The notes: generated from the sequence alone by a model not told the origin. Numbered from the stretch's first letter, positions 53,231 through 63,196 are shown. The stretch is DNA of 64,000 nt from an uncultured Bacteroidales bacterium (GCA_905234695.1 CAJOHZ010000011.1:3121-67120); one strand, 5' to 3'. Numbers and translations: made by a program.

Positions 53231-55693
53231 TTAGAAAGTGAGTGTGAGTTTTACATTTACCTGCCGCGCGGTCAGGTAGTTGGGGACTGGGTAATACACA
53301 TTGTTATAGTCAGCCACCCAGATAAAGGAGACGACATTGCGGTAGTTGAACAAGTTGAAAACCTCCACGCCCACAAGGATGTCGTCGAAGGCGCGGAGCA
53401 CTGGCGCCCGTCGTACTGCCGCGAAACGGGATAGCTGCACCGTGTTTCCCCAGTCCACCCGGAAATAGGCCGGCAGGCGGTACTCGACAGAGCGGTCGCG
53501 CTGGTACGGGAAAGTCACCGGCGTCCCTGTGCCGTAAATAAAGCTGAGACTCATGCGCCACCACGGGATGGCGGGCAGGTAGTCCTGCAGGAAAAGCTTG
53601 AAACTGAACCGCTGGTCGGTGGGGCGGGCAATCCACCCCAGCGTGTCGCCGAGCAAGTCCTCCTGCGTCTGCATAAACGACAGGCTCGCCCACGACTCGA
53701 GGCCCGGCACGAAATCGCCGTTGATGCGGACACTCGCCCCGGCGGCATACCCCACCGCCTCCTCGTCGGGATTGTAGCGTATGCGGAGGTTGTCGATGGT
53801 ATACGGCACAAGATGGGTGATATACTTGTAATACAAGTCCGTAGTCAGGCGGAATGGCTTGCCCCACAGCGTGAGGTTCCAGTCAACGGTTCCCGTGGCC
53901 TGGTAGGAACACTGCGGTGCCAAATCGGCACGCAAGGTGCCGTCCATCCGACGCATCTCGCGGTAGAGGTACGGCTGCTGGTAGACCCCCGCGGCCAAGC
54001 GGTACAGAACATCGCGCTGCCCCTCCGGCTTATAGTTGAGCGACACCCGCGGCGACAGGAACCACCGTCCGCCGTTGTCCATCGGCGCCTCAAACACAGT
54101 GTGGTAATACTGCCCTCGCAGTCCTGCCAGCACCTTGAACTCCGACAGGCGGCGGGTGACGAAATCAAGTTCGCGCTGCACAAAGGCCGTCCCGCGGAAC
54201 GTTTGCAGCCCGTTGTTGGCATTGCAGAAAAGCTGCAGCACCGGATTGAACACCACCGTATCGTCAACCCCAGGCATAAGATGCTCGGTGGGGAACGTAT
54301 AGCCGGCACTGTCCACCCACTTCCACTCCCGCATCCGGTCCGACACACGCTCCAGCTGTCCCTTCACACCGAAACTCCAACTCCCCAGGCCGGTGTAATA
54401 CACACCCCTCACCTCGGTGCTGTAGAGGCCGATGTCGAGATAATTGCGGGCATGCTCGAGAAACGTGCCCACCCCGCGGTCAAACCGACTCGTGTCGCCG
54501 GCATTCGCGTCGAGCCCCACTTCATACAGCCAGTACTGGTTCTGCAAGTCGTACAACTCGCGCTCGCGGTTGCGCTGTGCCGAGGCAATCCACCGCAGTT
54601 GGAAATACGTCGTGGGGTGGTAGTCCACCGTGAAGGCCCCCAGCAGCGTGGTGTAGCGGTCCTGCTCCTGCCCGTCGAAATAAACATCCAGCTCCAGCGA
54701 CTCCATGAAACTGCCGAACGTCGTCGTGCGTGACGACGGTATCAGGCCATACACATTCCGCGTCGCGATGCCCAGAAACGAAACATCGAGGCGGTCGCTG
54801 GCACGATAGTTCAACACACCCTGCACATCGGTATACGAGGATGTATAATTCCCCTCAGTATCCATCCCCTTGAAAAGATAGCGATTGCTGTGGTGGCGCA
54901 AACCGAGACTATAGGCAAAACTCTCCCCGATACGTCCCTGTGCCGAGGCCGTGCCCCCAAGCAGCGACGCCGAAAGGCGGAAACGCCGCTCCACAGGGCG
55001 GCTGTACACAATATCTAGCACCGATGACAGCCGGTCGCCATACGCCGCGTCAAAACCGCCCGGCGAAAAAAGCAGATGATCCACCATATCGGGATTCACC
55101 ACACTGAGTCCCTCCTGCTGCCCGCTGCGCACCAGCTGCGGCCGGTAAACCTCCACCCCGTTGATATACACCAGATTCTCGTCGAACGACCCACCCCGCA
55201 CCGAATACTGCGACGAAAGTTCGTTATTCGAGCTCACATCCGGCAGTGTCTTCAGCAGCGACTCCACGCCCTCCGTGGGACCCACCGTATTCTCTATGCG
55301 CTGCAAGTCTATCTGCGTGAACGTGCTGCTGCGTGTGCGGTCTTCCGAAACCACCACCTCGTCAAGCTGCTTTGCCGAAGGCTTCAACTCACAATCCAAC
55401 CTGCGCACCTCCCCGCCCTTCAGCAACAAGCGGAATTCACGGGTCTCAAATCCCGTGCAGGAAATGCGGAGCGTCACACTGTCACACTCCCGCACCACAA
55501 GCCTATACTCACCCTTGCGGTCCGTGACAGCCCCATACGGACGCGACGCACTGACCACCCCCACATTCGAGAACTCCACCGCCTGCCCGTCGGCAGCCGT
55601 GACACGTCCCTCCAGTGTGCCCTGCGCCATTCCTCGGACACACGGCCACACCAGCAGCATCATCAACAGCGGGATAAGTATATCTCTTTTCAT
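53231..55693 (-). CDS. TonB-dependent receptor with N-terminal carboxypeptidase-regulatory-like domain
   Basis: It has a signal peptide, a CarboxypepD_reg-like string 'GTLEGRVTAADGQAVEFSNVGV', a plug region and an 820-aa barrel ending '...VKLTLTF'. Confidence 0.75.
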   Translation of the reverse strand: MKRDILIPLLMMLLVWPCVRGMAQGTLEGRVTAADGQAVEFSNVGVVSASRPYGAVTDRKGEYRLVVRECDSVTLRISCTGFETREFRLLLKGGEVRRLDCELKPSAKQLDEVVVSEDRTRSSTFTQIDLQRIENTVGPTEGVESLLKTLPDVSSNNELSSQYSVRGGSFDENLVYINGVEVYRPQLVRSGQQEGLSVVNPDMVDHLLFSPGGFDAAYGDRLSSVLDIVYSRPVERRFRLSASLLGGTASAQGRIGESFAYSLGLRHHSNRYLFKGMDTEGNYTSSYTDVQGVLNYRASDRLDVSFLGIATRNVYGLIPSSRTTTFGSFMESLELDVYFDGQEQDRYTTLLGAFTVDYHPTTYFQLRWIASAQRNRERELYDLQNQYWLYEVGLDANAGDTSRFDRGVGTFLEHARNYLDIGLYSTEVRGVYYTGLGSWSFGVKGQLERVSDRMREWKWVDSAGYTFPTEHLMPGVDDTVVFNPVLQLFCNANNGLQTFRGTAFVQRELDFVTRRLSEFKVLAGLRGQYYHTVFEAPMDNGGRWFLSPRVSLNYKPEGQRDVLYRLAAGVYQQPYLYREMRRMDGTLRADLAPQCSYQATGTVDWNLTLWGKPFRLTTDLYYKYITHLVPYTIDNLRIRYNPDEEAVGYAAGASVRINGDFVPGLESWASLSFMQTQEDLLGDTLGWIARPTDQRFSFKLFLQDYLPAIPWWRMSLSFIYGTGTPVTFPYQRDRSVEYRLPAYFRVDWGNTVQLSRFAAVRRAPVLRAFDDILVGVEVFNLFNYRNVVSFIWVADYNNVYYPVPNYLTARQVNVKLTLTF

Positions 55694-55733
55694 CGAAAAA
55701 CGTCATAAAAACGCACGAATGAAAAAAAAATTG

Positions 55734-55741
55734 TATCTTTG
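55734..55741 (+). promoter_or_regulatory. -7 box TATCTTTG upstream of MORN-repeat gene
   Basis: Matches the consensus, 82 nt before the ATG at 55823. Confidence 0.55.
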
Positions 55742-55822
55742 CAAAATATTTAGAACGCGTAGACCGTGGAGCCAACCCCTCGGTCCGCCCCCCTCGGGCT
55801 AGAAACAAAAAACAGATATAAA

Positions 55823-56866
55823 ATGAAATACAGACTTATCTTCCTCGCCATGCTGATGGCCGCCATCGGATGCCAGGCCCAGAACCAGATTGACAAACAA
55901 GGCCGCCGTCAAGGCCATTGGGTCAAGACCGACAAACAAGGCACCAAAATGTATGAAGGGGATTTTGTGGACGACAAGGAAACCGGCACCTTCACCTACT
56001 TCTATGCCGACGGGAAAACCCGCATCAAGAACGTCTACACCGTGCCCGGAAAAGTATGCTCCCACGAAGTCTATGACCCCGAAGGCCACCTCCTCGCAAA
56101 AGGCACCTTCAACCAGCGCAACCGCGACGGCCGCTGGGAATTCTTCAACGAAAGCGGACGTCTGGTCAAAATCACCCACTACAAAATGGGTGTGCGCCAC
56201 GGCATGCAGGCCATCTTCACCTCCAACGGCGACACCGCCGAAGTATGCAACTGGACCGACAACCACCGCCACGGTCGCTGGTGGAAACGCATCGGCAAGC
56301 ATGGCTACATCACCGCCACCTACGTCCACGGCCGCATCGAAGGCAAACTCACCGAATACAACGACGCACAGGAACTCGTGCGCGAAGGCCATTACAAAGA
56401 CGGCGAACGCAACGGACACTACAAGTATTTCGAAGAAGGCCACATGACGGTAGACGAAATATGGCGCATGGGTGCCATGAAAGACCGCATGGTGCGGCTC
56501 CTGCTGCCCGAAGAACGCTATGTGTCGGTATACGACATCAACTACATGATTCCCCAAGGCAAAAAACAGACCATCGTGTACCTGACCGACGGAACCAAGC
56601 TCACCGACTTCGAGGGCAGCGAAGTACTGTACCGCCACATCGGCGACGGCCGCTTCTCGCTGGCCAACCGCGAAGCACGTATCATGGTGGCCACCGACCT
56701 CATCGTCGGTACCACGCTGGACCGTGAAGGCCGCGAAATCCTGCAACTCGACCCGAGACCCGATTTCGACATCTTCCCCGACGACGACTGCAAACGCATG
56801 ATGAGAAGCCTCAACCTGCAGCGTCAAACTCAGGAGAACGGAGGGGAATTCATCTTTGGCCGTTAA
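55823..56866 (+). CDS. MORN-repeat (YwqK-like) secreted protein
   Basis: Start MKYRLIFLAMLMAAIGCQAQ. It contains repeated 'G.w..y...G......y..g...G' units (e.g. 'RQGHWVKTDKQGTKMYEGDFVDDKETGTFTYFY'). Confidence 0.7.
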   Translation: MKYRLIFLAMLMAAIGCQAQNQIDKQGRRQGHWVKTDKQGTKMYEGDFVDDKETGTFTYFYADGKTRIKNVYTVPGKVCSHEVYDPEGHLLAKGTFNQRNRDGRWEFFNESGRLVKITHYKMGVRHGMQAIFTSNGDTAEVCNWTDNHRHGRWWKRIGKHGYITATYVHGRIEGKLTEYNDAQELVREGHYKDGERNGHYKYFEEGHMTVDEIWRMGAMKDRMVRLLLPEERYVSVYDINYMIPQGKKQTIVYLTDGTKLTDFEGSEVLYRHIGDGRFSLANREARIMVATDLIVGTTLDREGREILQLDPRPDFDIFPDDDCKRMMRSLNLQRQTQENGGEFIFGR

Positions 56867-56881
56867 AACCAAATATGACAG

Positions 56882-57006
56882 AAAAAGGGAAGGGATGTCT
56901 CACGACATCCCTTACCCCTTCCCATTAAACACTATTACAAAATCCATTAGGTTAAAAAACCTAACTCTTTGAGCCTTGAAAAAGACATGTTTCTTTTGCT
57001 CAAATG
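56882..57006 (-). ncRNA. candidate small RNA (promoter box to intrinsic terminator, ~120 nt)
   Basis: An orphan minus-strand TAATTTTG box (57013-57020) points into an intergenic gap that has no minus-strand CDS. Read on the minus strand, the gap ends with a 10-bp hairpin (56918-56887) followed by CCCTTTTTC. A second hairpin, TTAGGTT-N4-AACCTAA, lies at 56949-56966. Confidence 0.3.
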
Positions 57007-57074
57007 CGGTTGCAAAATTACAAACTTTTTTTGGAACATCACAAATCCCGTTTCTTTTTTAACCAAATTTAACT

Positions 57075-58364
57075 ATGTCAAAAATTGCCGCCCATACCCT
57101 CGGATGCAAACTAAATTACGCAGAAACGAGCAGTTTGATGCGGCAGTTTGAGGGGTGCGGATTTAACATAATTAACTTCCACGAAAAAGCCGATGTTTAC
57201 CTCATAAACACCTGTACAGTGACCTCTGTGGCGGAAAAAAAGTGCCGTAATGCCATTCGGCAAGCCATCGCACAGAACCCCGACGCCGTGGTGGCAGTGA
57301 CAGGCTGCTTCGCACAAAACAACGCCCGCCAAATCGCCCAGATACCCGGCGTTACCCTCATCGTGGGCAACGACCGCAAGCATCTTCTCCCCCAACTGGT
57401 GGAGGAAGCCCTGCGCCACCGCGAGGTGAACCCCACGCCACAGGAACCCGTCGCCTTCCAGTTGGCCTATTCGGGCGGCGACCGCACCCGCACCTTCTTC
57501 AAAATACAAGACGGTTGCGACTACTTCTGCACCTATTGCGCCATCCCCTTCGCCCGCGGCCGCAGTCGCAGCGCCACTATTGCCGAAACCGTGGCCATGG
57601 CCCGCGAAATCGCCGCCACCGGCACCCGCGAGGTCGTACTGACAGGTGTCAACACCGGCACCTTCGGTCGACAGCACGGCGAGCAATTCATCGACCTCCT
57701 GCGGGAACTGGACCATGTGGAAGGCATCCTGCGCTACCGCATCAGCAGCATCGAGCCCAACCTGCTGACAGACGAAATCATCGACTTCGTGGCCTCCTCG
57801 AGAGCCTTCCTCCCCCATTTCCATATCCCGCTACAAGCCGGTTCCGACAAGGTGCTACAAATGATGCACCGCCACTACGACACCGCCCTGTACGCCGAAC
57901 GGCTGGCACACATCAAGCGGGTGATGCCTCACGCCTGCATCGCCGCCGATGTCATCACCGGATTCAACGGCGAAGACAACGAGACCTTTGCCCAAAGCAT
58001 CGCCTTCATCGACAGCCTGCCCATATCCTACCTCCATGTATTCCCCTACTCCGACCGTCTGGGCACCGCCGCCCTGCGGATGGCAGAAAAAGTGCCCGTT
58101 CCTGTCCGGAAAGCCCGCAGTCTGGAACTGCACAAACTGTCCGACCGCAAGCGGCACGCCTTTGTCGAAAGCCATATCGGCACCGTTCGCGAAGTACTGT
58201 GGGAACACACCCCGCACACCCTCGACACCGAAACGGTCCTGCAGGGGTGGACCGACAACTACATCCGGCTGCAACGCCCCTTCGACCCCGCACTGCTTGG
58301 CACCGTGACCCCGTTCCCCGTGACGAAATTGACAGTTGTTGAAAACTTCTCGTGCGAGGATTGA
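57075..58364 (+). CDS. mtaB: tRNA t6A37 methylthiotransferase MtaB (radical SAM)
   Basis: It has N-terminal MTTase Cys residues ('TLGCKLN', 'NTCTVT', 'TGCFAQ'), the radical-SAM motif 'CDYFCTYC' and a C-terminal TRAM-like domain. Confidence 0.85.
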   Translation: MSKIAAHTLGCKLNYAETSSLMRQFEGCGFNIINFHEKADVYLINTCTVTSVAEKKCRNAIRQAIAQNPDAVVAVTGCFAQNNARQIAQIPGVTLIVGNDRKHLLPQLVEEALRHREVNPTPQEPVAFQLAYSGGDRTRTFFKIQDGCDYFCTYCAIPFARGRSRSATIAETVAMAREIAATGTREVVLTGVNTGTFGRQHGEQFIDLLRELDHVEGILRYRISSIEPNLLTDEIIDFVASSRAFLPHFHIPLQAGSDKVLQMMHRHYDTALYAERLAHIKRVMPHACIAADVITGFNGEDNETFAQSIAFIDSLPISYLHVFPYSDRLGTAALRMAEKVPVPVRKARSLELHKLSDRKRHAFVESHIGTVREVLWEHTPHTLDTETVLQGWTDNYIRLQRPFDPALLGTVTPFPVTKLTVVENFSCED

Positions 58365-58375
58365 GAAAAAAGATG

Positions 58376-58383
58376 TACTTTTG
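58376..58383 (+). promoter_or_regulatory. -7 box TACTTTTG upstream of purF-like gene
   Basis: Matches the consensus, 72 nt before the ATG at 58455. Confidence 0.55.
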
Positions 58384-58454
58384 CAAATAAACCATTCCCT
58401 CCAACAGCACATCAATATTCAATATATCAAAAACATAATCTTAATCTTACAACA

Positions 58455-59861
58455 ATGAGCGGACTTTTTGGAATCGTCAGCACCAAGCCTTGTTCCACAG
58501 AACTGTTTTACGGCACAGACTATCATTCGCATCTCGGCACCCGCCGGGCAGGTCTCAGTACCATCGACAACGGGGTGGTTCATCTCAACATCCACAACAT
58601 CGAGAACACCCAATTCAAAACCAAGTTCAATAACGACATCCACGAGATGCTCGGGAACAAGGGCATTGGCGTCATCAGCGACACCGACGCACAGCCCATC
58701 GTATGCAATTCGCACCTCGGCCGTTTCGCCGTGTGCTCTGTGTCGAAAATCAACAACATCGCCGAGTTGGAGCAGAAATGCCTCGACGCCCACCAACAGT
58801 TCACCGAACTGAGCATGGGCACCACCAACCCCACCGAGTTGGTAGCCCTGCTCATCACCCAGGGGAAAACCTTCGAAGACGGCATCATGAACGTCCACGA
58901 CCATGTGCGCGGCAGCGTGTCGTACCTCATCCTGACCAATGACGGCATCATCGCCGTGCGCGACAAACTGGGCCGCACCCCGCTGACCGTGGGCCGTCGC
59001 GACAAGGACTATGTGGTGGCCTCGGAGAGCCACAGCTACGTCAACCTGGGATTCACCACAGAATACTTCCTTAAACCCGGCGAGGCCGTACTCATCGACA
59101 ACAGCGGCATCCACCAGTTGGTGAAACCCAACGACAAGATGCAGATTTGCTCCTTCCTGTGGATATACTACGGCTATCCCTGCGTGGAGTACGAGAACAT
59201 CAACACCGAAGAGGTGCGCTACCGTCTGGGCGAAGCCATGGGCCGCACCGACGACGTGAACGCGGACTATGTGTCGGGCATCCCCGACTCCGGCGTTGGC
59301 ATGGCGCTGGGCTATGCCATAGGCAAAGGAATCCCCTACAAACGCGGCATCCTCAAATACACCCCCACCTGGGCACGCAGCTTCATGCCCACCAACCAGG
59401 ACGCCCGCAACCTTGTGGCGCGGATGAAACTGATACCCTCCCACAAAATGCTGGAAGGACGTGAGGTGGTATTCTGCGACGACAGCATCGTGCGCGGCAC
59501 CCAGCTCCGCGACCAGGTAAAGATGCTCTACAGTTGTGGTGTGAAACGCATCCACATCCGCATCAGCTGCCCCCCGTTGGTATACGGCTGCAACTACCTC
59601 AACTTCTCCACCTCCAAGACCGACAAGGAGCTTATCACCCGCCGCATCATCGCGGATTTGGAGGGTGGCGAGGTGCGCAACCTCGAAGCCTACCGCGACG
59701 AAACCACCCCGCAGTATGCCCGCATGGTGGAGGCCATCCGCAAGGCCGTCGGCGTGGACACCCTCAAATTCAACAGCCTGAAAACCGTATGCGAAGCCAT
59801 CGGCCTGCCCAAGTGCGATATCTGCACCCACTGCTTCGACGGCTCGTCCTACGGCGAATAA
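58455..59861 (+). CDS. amidophosphoribosyltransferase-like protein (PurF paralogue without N-terminal Cys nucleophile)
   Basis: It has a class-II GATase-like N-domain and the PRTase motif 'VVFCDDSIVRGTQ'. The N-terminus is MSGLFGIV rather than MCG. Confidence 0.7.
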   Translation: MSGLFGIVSTKPCSTELFYGTDYHSHLGTRRAGLSTIDNGVVHLNIHNIENTQFKTKFNNDIHEMLGNKGIGVISDTDAQPIVCNSHLGRFAVCSVSKINNIAELEQKCLDAHQQFTELSMGTTNPTELVALLITQGKTFEDGIMNVHDHVRGSVSYLILTNDGIIAVRDKLGRTPLTVGRRDKDYVVASESHSYVNLGFTTEYFLKPGEAVLIDNSGIHQLVKPNDKMQICSFLWIYYGYPCVEYENINTEEVRYRLGEAMGRTDDVNADYVSGIPDSGVGMALGYAIGKGIPYKRGILKYTPTWARSFMPTNQDARNLVARMKLIPSHKMLEGREVVFCDDSIVRGTQLRDQVKMLYSCGVKRIHIRISCPPLVYGCNYLNFSTSKTDKELITRRIIADLEGGEVRNLEAYRDETTPQYARMVEAIRKAVGVDTLKFNSLKTVCEAIGLPKCDICTHCFDGSSYGE

Positions 59862-59872
59862 ACACCCATCCC

Positions 59873-61621
59873 ATGACCCTCAGAAAACTCCTCCCCTTCC
59901 TGCTTCTGGCCGCTGCCCTGCCGGCACGGGCGCAACAGATTGTCCCGGTATCGGTACGCGATTTGGCCGCAGGGTTCGGCATCGAGGCCCGCTTCCTCGA
60001 CGACACGATGCATTTCGTGCACTATATCGACACCCTGGCGGCCGACAATCCCGCACGCGCCGACACCTGCGTGTCGTTCAACTCACGCCTGATGACACTC
60101 CAGAACGCCATCCGGTACGACTACAGCCGCCGCAACGACACCGTGTGGATTGACGCAGGAACCTATGTGGCCGACTACGACGACTACAGCCGCCGCATCG
60201 ACACCCTCTCGGCATTGGTGCTGCGATATGCCCACCGCTACATCGAACGGGAGCACATTCGCAAAGACTCCATCCAGACCACGGCCATCAATCTGGTGAA
60301 AGACAGCATCCATCGGTTCCATCGCACCATCATCAACGCCTGTGAGGGCATCGGCCGCGACAAGAACCGCAAGGCGGAGTTGAACGATGTCCAATATTCC
60401 TATCTGGCGGTATACAACCGCTACGACTTCTCGATGAAACGGGGCGACAGCGCCTACCTCGCCGACCTGGACCGCCTGTCGGAGTTCCAGCAGCACCTCA
60501 TCGCCCACGTGCTGGGCAACGACAATTACACCGCCCGCATCAACAACTTCTCCAACACGCTGAAACTCCGCTGCGGGAGCAGCCACACCGACGTGTTGCG
60601 CTCCTACCAGCGCTACTTCCGCCAACGGCCTGCCCCCATCGCCTTCTCCACCATCGACGAGTACTACGAGTATGCCGGCAGCCAGGAGGAGATTCAAGAG
60701 ACCCAGGAGTGCTACATCCGCGTCATCGAACTGCGCGAGCAACTTTCGGCCAACAGCAAGCGCATCACCTCGCTGTATACCCCCCGCTTCCGCAATGTCG
60801 CCAAGACCTATCAGGAGGTGGCCGCCACCATCAACACCGTGCCCGTCTTCTCCACCCTCGACGACGCCAACCTCTTCATCGCCGATCTGGAGGAGTTCAT
60901 CGCCGTGCAGCAATGCTACATCGACGACCACGCCCGCATCACAAAGATATCGGACTACGGCGACACCCTGGCGCGCCACTGCGGCTTCCGCTACGGCGAA
61001 ATCAACCGCGCCTACCGCCAGATGAGCAAGGAGATGATCACCCCGCCCAACTACCGCACCACCGACGATGCCGCCCGCTACAGCGCCGAGCTGGACAATA
61101 TCGAAACCCTCCAGCGGCAATACGACAGCATCCTCGACCTGCGGAAACTCATCGATAGCCGCGAAGACACCATCACCAACCAGTGGTACAATCACTTCCG
61201 TCTCTACAACGGCTACAACTCCGTCCGCAAGCAGTATGTCTTCACCCCCTCGTTCATCCACACGGCCGACGGCAGCCGCTTCATCGCCCAGCTGTCGGAA
61301 TTCGCCGACCTGGAGGAGGTGTTTGCCGAAACCATCCGGCGCCACAACCGCTACAAGGAGATGGACAAGCAGATCAGCGACGCCTCCCGCGGGTTCTCGA
61401 ATTTCCAAAAAGCCTACCGTGCACTCAGAAAACACTACCTGACGGTGAAATCCGTCAACCACCCGTCCGACCTCTCCCTCTACCACGAGCAACTGGGCAA
61501 CTTCGCCCGCGTGCAAGAAGCCGCTCTGGAGAAGACGAAACGCAACCAGCTGCCCGACACCGACCGCCGTCTGAAGGGCATCAAGGAAATCGCCAAACAG
61601 GAACTTATTCTCGGATTATAA
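59873..61621 (+). CDS. hypothetical secreted protein (582 aa, helical)
   Basis: ATG at 59873 with signal peptide MTLRKLLPFLLLAAALPARAQ. It has consistent coding composition. The 113-codon upstream extension overlaps the purF-like gene and is discounted. Confidence 0.6.
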   Translation: MTLRKLLPFLLLAAALPARAQQIVPVSVRDLAAGFGIEARFLDDTMHFVHYIDTLAADNPARADTCVSFNSRLMTLQNAIRYDYSRRNDTVWIDAGTYVADYDDYSRRIDTLSALVLRYAHRYIEREHIRKDSIQTTAINLVKDSIHRFHRTIINACEGIGRDKNRKAELNDVQYSYLAVYNRYDFSMKRGDSAYLADLDRLSEFQQHLIAHVLGNDNYTARINNFSNTLKLRCGSSHTDVLRSYQRYFRQRPAPIAFSTIDEYYEYAGSQEEIQETQECYIRVIELREQLSANSKRITSLYTPRFRNVAKTYQEVAATINTVPVFSTLDDANLFIADLEEFIAVQQCYIDDHARITKISDYGDTLARHCGFRYGEINRAYRQMSKEMITPPNYRTTDDAARYSAELDNIETLQRQYDSILDLRKLIDSREDTITNQWYNHFRLYNGYNSVRKQYVFTPSFIHTADGSRFIAQLSEFADLEEVFAETIRRHNRYKEMDKQISDASRGFSNFQKAYRALRKHYLTVKSVNHPSDLSLYHEQLGNFARVQEAALEKTKRNQLPDTDRRLKGIKEIAKQELILGL

Positions 61622-61784
61622 GAAACTGTTTAAAATTAATCCAATGTTTTTCTTAAAACATCAAAACGGCATCTTTCCCTCCTTTTTTCGGTTACAATGG
61701 TCCCCCATTGCTCCCTCAAAAAGAAGACAAATCTGCTCGCTTTGCTGTATAACAAATTCCATCAATTAAATTTAAACAGTTTCT
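61621..61784. mobile_element. 164-bp MITE-like element with 20-bp terminal inverted repeats
   Basis: The left end is AGAAACTGTTTAAAATTAAT (61621-61640). The reverse complement of the right end (61765-61784) is AGAAACTGTTTAAATTTAAT, a 19/20 match. The element has no coding capacity. Confidence 0.4.
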
Positions 61785-61798
61785 AAAACCCCATCCCC

Positions 61799-62452
61799 AT
61801 GAACATCGCCATCATTCTCTCCGGTTGCGGCAACCGCGACGGAAGCGAACTTCAGGAAACCCTCTCCCTCATGCTCGCCATCGACCGGCGGGGCGGCCGC
61901 TATCAGTGCTTCGCCCCCGACGGACAATACAAGGTCGTCAGCCACCTCTCCGGCAACGAAACCGGCGAAAGCCGCGACCTGTTTGAAGAATCCGCCCGTA
62001 TCGCCCGCGGCAATATCCGCCCGCTGGCCGACTATCGCGCCACCGACTACGACGCGCTGGCCCTGCCCGGCGGCATGGGCGCCGCCCGCAACCTCAGCAG
62101 CTTCGCCTTCCAAGGGGCACAGATGACCGTGCGACCGGAAGTGGAGCAGGCCATCCTCTCCACCTACGAGGCCCACAAGCCCGTGCTGGCCATGTGCATA
62201 GCCCCGATGGTGCTGGCCAAAGTGCTGGGACGCTACGGCGTCACACTGACCCTCGGCCAACCCTGCGCCGCCTCGCAGGCCGCCGAACAACTGGGGGCAC
62301 GCCACCACCTCTGCGGCCCCACCGACATCTGTGTCGACCCCGTCCATCGCATCTACACCACCCCCGCCTACATGGTGGGCACCCGCATCAGCGAGATATT
62401 CGCCGGCGCCGACCACATGGTGGAGGCCCTTATGAACGACTTGAAGAAATAA
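61799..62452 (+). CDS. elbB: isoprenoid biosynthesis glyoxalase ElbB (DJ-1/PfpI superfamily)
   Basis: It is collinear with E. coli ElbB: 'ILSGCGNRDGSELQE', 'LALPGGMGAARNLS', 'MCIAPMVLAKV' and 'TTPAYM'. Confidence 0.88.
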   Translation: MNIAIILSGCGNRDGSELQETLSLMLAIDRRGGRYQCFAPDGQYKVVSHLSGNETGESRDLFEESARIARGNIRPLADYRATDYDALALPGGMGAARNLSSFAFQGAQMTVRPEVEQAILSTYEAHKPVLAMCIAPMVLAKVLGRYGVTLTLGQPCAASQAAEQLGARHHLCGPTDICVDPVHRIYTTPAYMVGTRISEIFAGADHMVEALMNDLKK

Positions 62453-62470
62453 CCCCTATCCCATCCAGCC

Positions 62471-63196
62471 ATGTTCCCTCTGTTGCAAATCGCCCAGACC
62501 GAAGCCGAAATCCCCGGTACCACCCTCATGTGGGGCGTCTTTCTCGTACTCACGCTGCTGAGCATCATCGCCAGCAAGAGCGTGGAACGGAAGTTCAAAC
62601 GCTACGCCAAAATCCCCACCCGCCACAACCTCACAGGCCACGAGGTGGCCGAGCAGATGCTGGCAGCGCACAACATACATGATGTGGAAGTCCGCATCGT
62701 CAAGGGCACCCTCACCGACCACTACAACCCCGCCAACCGTACACTCAACCTCAGCCCCGACGTGTACAACGGCACGAGTGTGGCCGCTGCCGCGGTAGCC
62801 GCCCACGAATGCGGCCACGCCATCCAGCACGCCACCAGCTACCGCTGGCTGACCATGCGTTCCGCCCTGGTGCCGGTAGTGAGCCTCACGAACCGCTGGG
62901 TGTCGTGGATTCTCCTCGCCGGCTTGATTCTCATCAACACCTTCCCCAACCTCCTGCTCATCGGCATCGGCCTGTTCGCCGTCTCGACCCTCTTTTCGGT
63001 CATCACCCTGCCCGTGGAAATCAACGCCTCGCGCCGTGCCCTGGCATGGGTGCGACAGGAGGGCATCACTGGCCCCGATACGCACCAGTACGCCGAAAGC
63101 GCCCTGCGGTCGGCCGCCTACACCTACATCATCGCCGCCATCACCTCGCTGGCCACCCTGCTCTACTACCTAATGATTTACCTCGACCGCCGCTAA
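62471..63196 (+). CDS. YugP-like putative neutral zinc metallopeptidase (membrane)
   Basis: The Zn motif 'AAHECGHAIQH' and C-terminal TM helices are present. Confidence 0.8.
   Translation: MFPLLQIAQTEAEIPGTTLMWGVFLVLTLLSIIASKSVERKFKRYAKIPTRHNLTGHEVAEQMLAAHNIHDVEVRIVKGTLTDHYNPANRTLNLSPDVYNGTSVAAAAVAAHECGHAIQHATSYRWLTMRSALVPVVSLTNRWVSWILLAGLILINTFPNLLLIGIGLFAVSTLFSVITLPVEINASRRALAWVRQEGITGPDTHQYAESALRSAAYTYIIAAITSLATLLYYLMIYLDRR

Noticed and set aside
55823-56866. The MORN/YwqK-like protein as an 'antitoxin' of a toxin-antitoxin system.
   Set aside because: It has a signal peptide, so it is exported. It is monocistronic behind its own promoter, and there is no adjacent toxin gene. The family name alone is not evidence for a TA module.
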